Shown here piece after piece: positions 8,984 through 17,342 of a stretch of DNA of 64,000 bases. How positions within the stretch are numbered: position 1 is the first letter of the stretch; each line of letters opens with the position of its first letter. The DNA comes from Candidatus Eiseniibacteriota bacterium. GTDB lineage: Bacteria > Eisenbacteria > RBG-16-71-46. The translations under genes were made by a program, and so were the position numbers. Location: assembly GCA_963744995.1 (NCBI GenBank), contig CAVUWA010000010.1, positions 160,001 through 224,000 of the forward strand, read 5' to 3'. The notes below the pieces were generated by a model. The model did no database searches and was not told the DNA's origin. It saw only the letters and a program-made list of their open reading frames with translations.

Positions 8984-10998
8984 CACTTCGCTCCGCGCGT
9001 GAGCACCAGCGTTCCCGAGCGATGCATCACGCCCTTCCAGCGCGCCGGCACCCACGCCGTGGCGCCGTCCTCGACCACGATCGCCGGGCCCTGGACGCGG
9101 CGGCCGGGCGCGAGATCGTGCATCGCCCACGATCGGGCGCGGGTGGCGCGCCCGCCGGACCAGACTTCCGCCGTTTCCGCAGCGGCCACCGCCCGCCGCC
9201 GCGCGGGCGGCGCCGGCAGCGCGCGGCCCGGCAGCGCGCCGCGCACTTCGACCGTCACCACTTCGACCGGCGTTCCGGGGCTGTCGAAGCCGAACCGCTG
9301 CGCGTGCGCACGGTGGAAGCGCCGGGCGAGCCCGGCGCCGCCCGCAAGCGACATTTCGTGCGACTGGCCGCGGTAGCGCACCTCGGCGAAGCGCTCGATC
9401 TTCACGCGGGCGCGCCCGGACGCGGGAAACTCGGCACGCACCTCCTGTTCGAGCGCGCGCCACGCGGCTTCCAGCTCGCTCTCGCGCGACGCGTCGAGCA
9501 GTACCGAGCGGCTCTTCTCGCGGCGCGAGCCGCCGGTCAGCGCGCCGAGCGCGCTCAGCACCCCGGCGTGGCGCGGGAACAGCACCGCGCGCGCGCCGAG
9601 CGCCTCGGCCAGCGCGCACGCGTGCAGCCCGCCGGCACCGCCGAACGCCACCAGCGCAGCCTCGCGCGGGTCGTGACCGCGCTCGATCGACACGCGCCGC
9701 AGCGCGGCCTCCATGTGCGCGTCGGCGATCGCGACCACGCCGGCCGCCGCCTCGCGGGCCCCGCTGCGCCCCAGCCGGCGCGCGAGCACGCGCATCGCGC
9801 GGTGGGCGGCCGCGCGATCGAGCGCCAGCGTGCCCCCGGCCAGCGTGTCGCCCGGAATGCGGCCGAGCACGACCATCGCGTCGGTGACCGTGGCAGGTCC
9901 GCCGCTGCCGTAGCATGCGGGGCCGGGATCGGCGCCGGCGCTCTCCGGCCCCACGTGCAGCAGGCCGCCCGCGTCGAGTGCCGCGGTCGAGCCGCCGCCC
10001 GCGCCCACGGTGTGCACGTCGAGCATCGGCAGCTGGATCGGGAAGCCCGCGACCTCGCGGCCGCGGCGTCGCACGGGTTCGCCGTCCACGAACGCGCAGT
10101 CGGTCGAGGTGCCGCCGACATCGAGCGTGAGCGCCTGGTCGAAGCCGCAGGCGGCGGCCACGGCCGCGGCGGCCCGTACGCCCGCGGCGGGACCCGAGAG
10201 CAGCTGGCGCACCGGTTCCAGGGCCGCCCGCGCGGGCGGCGCGGTGCCGCCGTGCGAGAGCACGATCTCGACGCGCGCCGACGGACCGGACGCGATGCGG
10301 CCGATGTAGCGCGACACCCGCGGCAGCAGGTAGGCGTTCACCACGGTCGTCGCCAGGCGCTCGTATTCCCGGAATTCCGGGCTCACCTCGCTCGACACGC
10401 TCGCGGTGAGCCCGGCCGCGCGCAGCGCGCGCGCCACGCGCCGCTCGTTCGCTGGATGTGCGTAGGCGTGCAGGAACACGATCGCCACCGCCTGCGCGCG
10501 GGTCCTGCGCACCTGCGCGACCACGCGCGCGACCTCGGCAGCGGTGAGCGGCACCAGAGGCTCGCCGCCCGGACCGCGGCGCTCGGCGGCGCCGATGCGG
10601 CGCGCGGCCGGCACCAGCGGCGGCACGCGGCGGGTCCTGAGCGCGTAGATGGCGGGCCGGTCCTGGCGGCCGATCTCGATCAGGTCCTCGAAGCCCGCCG
10701 TGGTGACCAGCGCGACGTCGGCCCCCTTGCGCTCGAGCAGCGCGTTGGTCGCCACGGTGGAGCCGTGGGCGACCGGCGTCGCGCGTCCGACCCCGAGCGC
10801 CTGCAGTCCGCCGAGCACGGCGCGTTCGGGAGCGCGGGGCGTCGAGCGGCGCTTCATCGCCACCGTGCGGCCGTCGACGAGCGCGACGAAGTCGGTGAAC
10901 GTGCCGCCGGTATCGACGCCGACCGCGGCGGGCGCGGGCGCCGCACCCCGCTTGCGCGGCGAGCGCCTGCGCTCCGCACCCACCGGCTTTCCCTTCAC
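8983..10998 (-). CDS. hyuA: Hydantoinase A/5-oxoprolinase ATP-binding subunit
   Basis: GVDTGGTFTD, HGSTVATNALLERKG, DVGGTSTD, GAGGGS, GPESAGADPGPACYG; GTG start overlaps upstream stop. Confidence 0.92.
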   Translation of the reverse strand: MKGKPVGAERRRSPRKRGAAPAPAAVGVDTGGTFTDFVALVDGRTVAMKRRSTPRAPERAVLGGLQALGVGRATPVAHGSTVATNALLERKGADVALVTTAGFEDLIEIGRQDRPAIYALRTRRVPPLVPAARRIGAAERRGPGGEPLVPLTAAEVARVVAQVRRTRAQAVAIVFLHAYAHPANERRVARALRAAGLTASVSSEVSPEFREYERLATTVVNAYLLPRVSRYIGRIASGPSARVEIVLSHGGTAPPARAALEPVRQLLSGPAAGVRAAAAVAAACGFDQALTLDVGGTSTDCAFVDGEPVRRRGREVAGFPIQLPMLDVHTVGAGGGSTAALDAGGLLHVGPESAGADPGPACYGSGGPATVTDAMVVLGRIPGDTLAGGTLALDRAAAHRAMRVLARRLGRSGAREAAAGVVAIADAHMEAALRRVSIERGHDPREAALVAFGGAGGLHACALAEALGARAVLFPRHAGVLSALGALTGGSRREKSRSVLLDASRESELEAAWRALEQEVRAEFPASGRARVKIERFAEVRYRGQSHEMSLAGGAGLARRFHRAHAQRFGFDSPGTPVEVVTVEVRGALPGRALPAPPARRRAVAAAETAEVWSGGRATRARSWAMHDLAPGRRVQGPAIVVEDGATAWVPARWKGVMHRSGTLVLTRGAK

Positions 10999-11519
10999 GG
11001 CGCCTCCTTCTTCCTGCGCAGCCGGTCGACCACCACGCCCACGGCGAGCAGTCCGATGGCGGCGAGGATCAGCCACGTCGGGATCTTCACCGCGTGCCCG
11101 ATCCAGGCGAGCGCGTAATAGTACGGCAGGGCGCCGAGGAAGATCGCCAGCGCGTAACGCGGAATCGGGTAGCCGATGGCGGCCGCCACCAGCTTGAGCG
11201 GCGCGTCGGGCAGCGGCGTGGCGCGGGCGACGACCAGCGCGACGAACGACGCCGAAGGGTAGCGCGCGAGCATGGACTCCAGCCTTTCGCGCGAGGGCAC
11301 GAAGCGGCGCATCCACGGCTGGTCGGCGGCGAGCAGCCAGCCGAGCACCCAGAGCTGAACGGCGCTGCCGAGCGCGCTGGCCGCGCCGCCTGCCAGCGCC
11401 ACCAGCCACGGCGCGTGGAACTGGCCGTAGTGGAGCAGCAGCGGCGTGGTCGCGAACGCGAACGTCGCACCGTCCACGAACAGCAGCACGCAGAGGACGA
11501 GCAGCGAGTCGGCGTTCAA
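10995..11519 (-). CDS. VTT/DedA (SNARE-associated) family membrane protein
   Basis: Hydrophobic helices; ARATPLPDAPLKLVAAAIGYP motif; TTG start. Confidence 0.75.
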   Translation of the reverse strand: MNADSLLVLCVLLFVDGATFAFATTPLLLHYGQFHAPWLVALAGGAASALGSAVQLWVLGWLLAADQPWMRRFVPSRERLESMLARYPSASFVALVVARATPLPDAPLKLVAAAIGYPIPRYALAIFLGALPYYYALAWIGHAVKIPTWLILAAIGLLAVGVVVDRLRRKKEAP

Positions 11520-11601
11520 ACGACACGGGCCCCGGCATGCGCCGAAGCGGACCCCGCCCTGGCGGAGCCCGCTTCCGTGCGTCGATGCGTGCGGCCGTTC
11601 C

Positions 11602-13011
11602 TCAGACCGGCGTCGCGGGGCCCTCGCCCCCGCCCGGCGCGTCCGGCGGCGCGGAAGACTGGCCGAATCCCGGCGACTGCCTCGGCGGCGCGTAGCGCGC
11701 CGGGTCCGACGGCGTCCCGGCCGATGGCGGCGGCGGTGGCGGCGTCACCGGGGCCGTGACGTCCGCTGGCGGTCCGCCCGAAGGCGGCGTTCCACCGGAG
11801 GGCGGCGCGCCCGGCCCGCCCGTGGGGGGCGGCGGCGGCGGCGGATTGCGGCGCATGCGGCCGCTCGAACCGCGCCACCAGCGGCCCAGCGTGCCCGTCG
11901 TGAATTCGGTGTGCATCCACGCGCCGGCCCCCATGCTGGTGAGAATGATGAAGCTCAGGATGACGACCGCCTTGGCCAGCGCGGACAGCACGCCCAGGAG
12001 CGGAAGGAAGTCGAGCCACCTGAACACGCTGCCGAGGATGGCCACGATGCCGATCACGATGACCCCGGCCACCGCCGAGCGGACGAGTCCGGGCGCCGTT
12101 TCGCCGCGGCGCTCGAGCAGTCGCTCACCCAGGGCGGCCGCACCGATGGCATAGCCCCACAGGATCAGCAGCGCGAAGAACACAAAGTAGCCAAGCAGCG
12201 CGATCAAGGCGAGTGGAATCCCGATGATCGTGATGCACAGGATCGCGACCACCAGCGCGAGCGCGATCAGCGACGGCACGAACAGCAGCCAGATCAGGAA
12301 GCCGAGCCCCAGCGAGGCCGCCGGGCGCGCCTTGAGCGAGGCCAGCGCGGCGCCGGTGCTGCCGGGCGCGATCGCGCACAGGGCCCACACCAGGCCCAGC
12401 AGAATCAGGTGGAACACCAGCTTGCCGGAGGCGCCGTGGTCGTCCCAGTCCGGTTCGATGTGAATGCTGCGCGAGAGCCGGCCGCGGCGGCCGTCCGGGT
12501 CCAGCGCGGTGACGCGCTGGCCGCCCACGGTGGCGCCGGGTTCTTCGTGCAGCCGGCCGCCCATGCACACGACGTCGCCGTCCACGCGCGCGGTCGAGGA
12601 GAGGCGCACGTCGCCGCCCATCGACACGACGTTGCCCTGCACGTGACCGTCCACGTTGACGTCGCCGCGGATCGCGAGGACGTCGCCCTGGACCTCCTGG
12701 TCCTCCTCGATCGTGATGTCGGAGCCGACGCGCATGATGTCGCCCGACTTGATGCGTATCGACGGCCCGCCGATCACGATGCGCGGCGAGTGGGAGTCCT
12801 CGTCGTCGCCGGTGCTCTCCGGCGGCACCGCCTTGAAGTCGAGGCTCTGCGCATAGGCCGCGGGGACGGTCCCGTGCATGCCGACGCGGGCGAGCGTCGC
12901 CAGCGCGCGGTAGGCGACCGGAGCGTCAGGGCCGACCGCCAGGGCCAGTGCGGCCGCTGCGAGCAACAGTAGAGCTGCCATGGACAGGATGCGCCTCGGG
13001 AGCCGTTTCAT
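11602..13011 (-). CDS. Membrane protein with bactofilin-like (polymer-forming) beta-helix and Pro-rich C-tail
   Basis: Repeats VQGDVLAIRGDVNVDGHVQGNVVSMGGDV..VDGDVVCMGG, then several TM helices and a PPPPPP tail. Confidence 0.78.
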   Translation of the reverse strand: MKRLPRRILSMAALLLLAAAALALAVGPDAPVAYRALATLARVGMHGTVPAAYAQSLDFKAVPPESTGDDEDSHSPRIVIGGPSIRIKSGDIMRVGSDITIEEDQEVQGDVLAIRGDVNVDGHVQGNVVSMGGDVRLSSTARVDGDVVCMGGRLHEEPGATVGGQRVTALDPDGRRGRLSRSIHIEPDWDDHGASGKLVFHLILLGLVWALCAIAPGSTGAALASLKARPAASLGLGFLIWLLFVPSLIALALVVAILCITIIGIPLALIALLGYFVFFALLILWGYAIGAAALGERLLERRGETAPGLVRSAVAGVIVIGIVAILGSVFRWLDFLPLLGVLSALAKAVVILSFIILTSMGAGAWMHTEFTTGTLGRWWRGSSGRMRRNPPPPPPPTGGPGAPPSGGTPPSGGPPADVTAPVTPPPPPPSAGTPSDPARYAPPRQSPGFGQSSAPPDAPGGGEGPATPV

Positions 13012-13015
13012 GGCC

Positions 13016-14089
13016 TCACTCTCCTCCGCTCGACAGTTCGATGTCGCCTGCGGACGTCTGCAGGACGACCGGGGCCTTGCCCCCCTGGACCACGCCGACG
13101 ATTTCGCGGCGCGACACGGACTCCAGCTTCAGTGGCAACAGGACTTCGAGATCGCCGCTCGCGCTGCGCAGCTCGAGACGGCAGGCGAGATCGGGAGCGA
13201 GCCGGCCGGAGATCCGGCCGCTCACGGTACTGACCGTCGCGCGTGACAGCGGCCGCGCCAGCGCGATGTCCACGTCGCCGTTCGCGGCCGACACGTCGGC
13301 GTAGCCGGCCACGTCGCGCGCGTCGATCGAACCGCTGCTCGTGCTGGCGGTGAGCCCGCGCGGTGCGCGCCCCACCAGGATGTCGCCGCTCACCGAGCGC
13401 ACCATCAGCGAATCGCCGGCGTCCTTCACCGTGATCATGCCGCTCGTGGTGCGCGCGGTCAGCGGACCGGACACCTTCTCGAGCCGCACCGAGCCGCTCG
13501 CGGTCCTGATCTGCAGGCCGTTCACATCGCGGGCCTCGACGTCACCGCTCGACGTCGTGACCGTCGCCGGGCCGTGGGACTGGATCACGGTGACGTCACC
13601 GCTCGCGGTCGCCAGTGCGAGCGCGCCCTTCATGCCGGTGATCATGAGATCACCCGATGCCGAGCGCAGGCTCACCATGAGCTCGGGCGGCACCTCGATC
13701 GCGAGCCGCACCTCGACGTGCGGTGTCTGCAGCTCGCCGCGCAGCAGATCCCGCCATCCGATTCGGATCGTGGCGTGCTGGGGGTAGCGCACGCGGATGA
13801 CGAAGGCGCCGTTCTCGCGAGCCGTCTCGACCACCGTTCCGGCCGCCAGCTCGCGGGCGCGCGCATCGGTCGCGGCGCGGGCGGACATTTCCGCCGTCAC
13901 TTCGAGCTTGCCGCCTGCCCCGGGGCGCACGTCCACCTCGCCGCGCGGATTGTCGACCTCGAGGGCGGCGAGGCCGGCCAGCTCGAAGGTCTGCTCGCTC
14001 CTCTCGCGATGCAGCGCCGCGTCCGCCGTGGCGGGAGCGGTGAGCGCGAGCGCGATCAGAACGCCGGTGAGTGGAATGCGGTGGTTCAC
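13016..14089 (-). CDS. DUF4097 family beta-strand repeat protein, secreted
   Basis: Signal peptide; repeated T(A/S)SGD(V/I) units; GGAGGAGG before GTG 14089. Confidence 0.88.
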   Translation of the reverse strand: MNHRIPLTGVLIALALTAPATADAALHRERSEQTFELAGLAALEVDNPRGEVDVRPGAGGKLEVTAEMSARAATDARARELAAGTVVETARENGAFVIRVRYPQHATIRIGWRDLLRGELQTPHVEVRLAIEVPPELMVSLRSASGDLMITGMKGALALATASGDVTVIQSHGPATVTTSSGDVEARDVNGLQIRTASGSVRLEKVSGPLTARTTSGMITVKDAGDSLMVRSVSGDILVGRAPRGLTASTSSGSIDARDVAGYADVSAANGDVDIALARPLSRATVSTVSGRISGRLAPDLACRLELRSASGDLEVLLPLKLESVSRREIVGVVQGGKAPVVLQTSAGDIELSSGGE

Positions 14090-14115
14090 GTCTGCCTCCT
14101 CCTTGCTGCTGACCA

Positions 14116-14143
14116 TACGCGGCGGAGGCGCCATGGGTTGCGC
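14116..14143 (-). promoter_or_regulatory. ECF sigma-type promoter GCGCAAC-N17-CGTA
   Basis: Same boxes and spacing upstream of the second DUF4097 gene (33692-33719); AAC..CGT is the common ECF signature. Confidence 0.6.
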
Positions 14144-14164
14144 GCGTGGCCGCCGCGAGGGGCC

Positions 14165-14262
14165 GGTCCCGACGCTGCACTAAGGATTCAGCCGTTGCAG
14201 GTTGCACGGGCGAGGAGGGGTCCCGCCGGGCTGATGAGGTTCGGGATGCGGCGCCGGAGACC
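14165..14262 (-). ncRNA. Candidate structured RNA or 5' leader (~98 nt), family not recognised
   Basis: 5' GGUCUCCGGCGCCGCA pairs with 3' UGCAGCGUCGGGACC; inner UCAGCC/GGCUGA; begins just downstream of TTGACT-18-TACCTT. Confidence 0.35.
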
Positions 14263-14266
14263 GCCG

Positions 14267-14296
14267 AAGGTAGGCGGCACGGCACGCGAAAGTCAA
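14267..14296 (-). promoter_or_regulatory. Sigma70-like promoter TTGACT-N18-TACCTT
   Basis: Hexamers at 14296-14291 and 14272-14267. Confidence 0.5.
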
Positions 14297-14393
14297 CGGC
14301 TGCAACGGACTGGAAGAGCGTGGCAGAGGCGGCGGGCGGGCCTAAGGCGGTAGCGGCACGAGCGCCCCCCCGCGCAGGGCCCCGCGCGGCCGT

Positions 14394-15569
14394 CTAGGTC
14401 CCGGCCAGCGCCTGCTCGAGGTCGTCCTTCAGGTCCTCGACGTCCTCGATTCCGACCGAAAGTCGCAGCAGGCCGTCGGCGAAGCCGATCGCGAGGCGCG
14501 CCTCGCGCGGCACCGCGGCGTGCGTCATGGAGGCCGGATGGCAGACCAGGCTCTCGACCCCGCCCAGGCTCTCGGCGCGCGTGAACAGCCGGAATCGGTC
14601 GAACACCTCGCGCCCGGCATCGAGCGAGCCGTCGCCCGGAATGAAGGAAATCATCCCGCCGAAGCCGCTCGCCTGCCGCTTCGCGAGCGCGTGCTGCGGG
14701 TGGCTCTCGAGTCCCGGGTAGAACACCTTCTGAACGCGCGGGTGGGCTTCGAGGAACCCGGCCAGCACGCGCGCGTTCTCGTCGTGGCGCTGCATGCGGA
14801 CCGCGAGCGTCTTGGTGCCCCGCAGCGCGAGCCAGCAGTCCATCGGCCCGGGCACGCCGCCGGCGGCGTTCTGCAGGAAGCCGAGCTGCTCGGCGATCGC
14901 CTTGTCACTGGTCACCAGCACGCCGCCCACCATGTCGCTGTGGCCGTTCAGGTATTTGGTGACCGAATGCAGCACGACGTCGGCGCCGAGTGTCAGCGGT
15001 CGCTGGAAGTACGGACTCATGAAGGTGTTGTCCACCACCGTGCGGATCCCGCGCCGGCGGGCCCGTTCCGACACCGCGGCGATGTCGGTGAGCTGCATCA
15101 TCGGGTTGGTCGGCGTCTCGACGAACAGCATCTTCGTAGTGGGCCGGAACGCCTTCTCGACTTCGCCCGGGTCGGCGGTCGCGATGAAGCTGAACTCGAT
15201 CCCGAGCCGGGCGAGCACGCGGGCGAACAGCCGGTAGGTGCCGCCGTACATGTTGTCGCCCGCGACGACGTGGTCGCCCGCCGACAGCGTCTGCAGCAGC
15301 GTGTTCGTGGCCGCGAGCCCCGAGGCGAAGCAGAAACCGAAGGCGCCTTCCTCGAGCGCCGCGACGTTGGCTTCGAGCGCGGCACGCGTGGCGTTGTGGG
15401 TCCGGGCGTATTCATAGCCCTTGTGTCTGCCGAGCGCCTCCTGCGCGTAGGTGGAGGTCTGGTAGATCGGCACGGCCACCGCCCCGGTGCGCGGGTCCGG
15501 CTCGTTGCCGGCGTGGATCGCCCGCGTGCTGAAGCCGGCCTTGCGCCCCGTCGTCGTCGTTCCGCTCAT
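14394..15569 (-). CDS. Cystathionine gamma-lyase/gamma-synthase (PLP)
   Basis: PIYQTSTY, YEYAR, ETPTNP, VVDNTF, HSVTKYLNGHSD, AESLGGVESL, LRLSVGIED. Confidence 0.93.
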   Translation of the reverse strand: MSGTTTTGRKAGFSTRAIHAGNEPDPRTGAVAVPIYQTSTYAQEALGRHKGYEYARTHNATRAALEANVAALEEGAFGFCFASGLAATNTLLQTLSAGDHVVAGDNMYGGTYRLFARVLARLGIEFSFIATADPGEVEKAFRPTTKMLFVETPTNPMMQLTDIAAVSERARRRGIRTVVDNTFMSPYFQRPLTLGADVVLHSVTKYLNGHSDMVGGVLVTSDKAIAEQLGFLQNAAGGVPGPMDCWLALRGTKTLAVRMQRHDENARVLAGFLEAHPRVQKVFYPGLESHPQHALAKRQASGFGGMISFIPGDGSLDAGREVFDRFRLFTRAESLGGVESLVCHPASMTHAAVPREARLAIGFADGLLRLSVGIEDVEDLKDDLEQALAGT

Positions 15570-16957
15570 CACTCCCCTCCCGCGATGAACTGCAGCATGT
15601 CGAACCGGGTCAGGATGCCGGCGAACGAGCCGTTCTGGCGGATCAGCACCGCCGAGTTCCGCGCCGCCAGCAGCCGCGTCACGTCGTCCAGCGGGGCGTC
15701 GCTCGCCACCACCGGCAGCGGCGCCGCCATCAGTTCGTCGACCGGCCGGTCGAGCGCGGCCGAATCGGCGAGCGCGCTCTTCAGGATGTCGCTGTCGTAG
15801 AGCGTGCCCACGACCTCGTTGCCGCGGAACACCGGCACCTGGCTCACGTCGTGCTGCTCGACCAGCAGCAGCGCGTCGCGCAGCGGGGCGCCGGACTGCA
15901 CCGACAGCAGCGCCGGCCTCCCGGGACGCGTGCCGATCAGGTCGCGGACGTGGGTGACGGTCGGATCGAGCAGGTGGTTGTCGCGCATCCACTCGTCGTT
16001 GTGGACCTTGCTCAGGTAGCGCTCGCCGGTATCGGGCAGCAGCACGACGACCAGATCGTCCTTCTTCGCCTTCTTCGCGACCTCGCACGCGACCCATGCG
16101 GCCATGCCGGACGAGCCGCCGACGAAAATCGCGTCCTCGCGCGCCATGCGGCGCGTGAAGTTCAGGCCATCGCGGTCGGTGCACGACATGGCCTCGTCGA
16201 TCACCGAAAAGTCGAGCGCGCCGGGGATGAAGTCCTCGCCCACGCCCTCGATCTTGTAAGTCCGTGCTTCGCTCATCTCGCCCGTGTCCTTGTAGTGCTT
16301 GAGGATCGAACCCACGGGGTCGGCGCCGATCACGCGGATCTTCGGATTCTTCTCCTTGAGGAACCTCGCGGTGCCGCTGATCGTGCCACCGGTGCCCATG
16401 CCCGCCACGAAGTGGGTGATCTTCCCGCCGGTCTGCTCCCAGAGTTCGGGGCCGGTCGAGACGTAGTGCGCGTACGGATTCGCAGGGTTGTGGTACTGGT
16501 TCGTGAGGTACGCGCCGGGGCGCTCCTTCGCGATGCGTTTCGCCACCGAATAGTAGGAGTCCGGATGGTCGGGCTCGACCGCGGTCGGGCTCAGCAGCAC
16601 CTCGGCGCCGAACGACTTCAGCAGGTAGACCTTCTCGTTGGACACCTTGTCCGGCATGCAGAACACCGCCTTGTAGCCGCGCACCGAGGCCACCATGGCG
16701 AGGCCGAGGCCGGTGTTGCCCGAAGTGCACTCGACGATCGTGCCGCCGGGCTTCAGATGGCCTTCCTTCTCCGCGGCGACCACCATCGCGAGGGCGATGC
16801 GGTCCTTGACGCTTCCGCCCGGATTGAAGAACTCGACCTTCGCGAGCACCGGACAGGGCAGGCCCCGGGCCACCCGGTTCAGGCGCACCAGCGGCGTGCC
16901 GCCGACCAGATCGATCACCGATTCGTGATAGCGGACTCCTTCGAGAACGTCGCTCAC
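15569..16957 (-). CDS. cbs: Cystathionine beta-synthase with C-terminal CBS domains
   Basis: KVEFFNPGGSVKDRIA, TSGNTG, GMGTGGT, YKIEGVGEDF, DTGERYLSK; CBS pair; AAGGAG before GTG. Confidence 0.9.
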   Translation of the reverse strand: MSDVLEGVRYHESVIDLVGGTPLVRLNRVARGLPCPVLAKVEFFNPGGSVKDRIALAMVVAAEKEGHLKPGGTIVECTSGNTGLGLAMVASVRGYKAVFCMPDKVSNEKVYLLKSFGAEVLLSPTAVEPDHPDSYYSVAKRIAKERPGAYLTNQYHNPANPYAHYVSTGPELWEQTGGKITHFVAGMGTGGTISGTARFLKEKNPKIRVIGADPVGSILKHYKDTGEMSEARTYKIEGVGEDFIPGALDFSVIDEAMSCTDRDGLNFTRRMAREDAIFVGGSSGMAAWVACEVAKKAKKDDLVVVLLPDTGERYLSKVHNDEWMRDNHLLDPTVTHVRDLIGTRPGRPALLSVQSGAPLRDALLLVEQHDVSQVPVFRGNEVVGTLYDSDILKSALADSAALDRPVDELMAAPLPVVASDAPLDDVTRLLAARNSAVLIRQNGSFAGILTRFDMLQFIAGGE

Positions 16958-17085
16958 GGGATCGGACTCCTTGTGGGGTTTGGGCAGGCTGGGTGGGCGG
17001 CCGGCGCGCCCCTTCGCACGGCCCCGGGCGGAGTTCCGGGCGGGAAGCGGCCGCATGCTCTGGGCCGGGAGCGAGGGTAGGCGGC

Positions 17086-17245
17086 GCGCGCGAGGCGAGT
17101 CAAGGACGCGGGCGCCGTGCGCGAGGCGAGTCAGGGCCGCGGGCGCCGCGCGCGAGGCGAGTCAGGGCCGCGGGCGCCGCGCGCGAGGCGAGTCAGGGCC
17201 GCGGGCGCCGCGCGCGAGGCGAGTCAGGGCCGCGGGCGCCGCGCG
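17086..17245. repeat. Tandem repeat, 5 x 31 bp (GCGCGCGAGGCGAGTCAGGGCCGCGGGCGCC)
   Basis: GAGTCA recurs at 17097, 17128, 17159, 17190, 17221; no spacers; first copies slightly diverged. Confidence 0.95.
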
Positions 17246-17290
17246 ACCGGGTCACCGCCCGAACGACGCGGCGCTCCCGACGCGCATGTG

Positions 17291-17320
17291 AAAAGGCGCC
17301 CCCTCGCGGGAGGCGCCTTT
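17291..17320 (-). terminator. Intrinsic terminator after the selenoprotein/cytochrome gene
   Basis: Minus strand AAAGGCGCCTCCC-GCGA-GGGGGCGCCTTTT hairpin just past the stop. Confidence 0.75.
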
Positions 17321-17342
17321 GCACCAGCGATGCCGGGCCGGG

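Noticed and set aside
14165..14262. c-di-AMP (ydaO) riboswitch or SRP RNA
   Set aside because: Short look-alike words (GCUGAAUCC, CCCGAACC) are in the wrong order; no SRP GGAA-loop domain
14231..14291. Hammerhead ribozyme (CTGATGAG ... CGAAA)
   Set aside because: Stems II and III and the cleavage triplet could not be formed around the core
17086..17245. CRISPR array
   Set aside because: Units are contiguous with no unique spacers; no cas genes in the window
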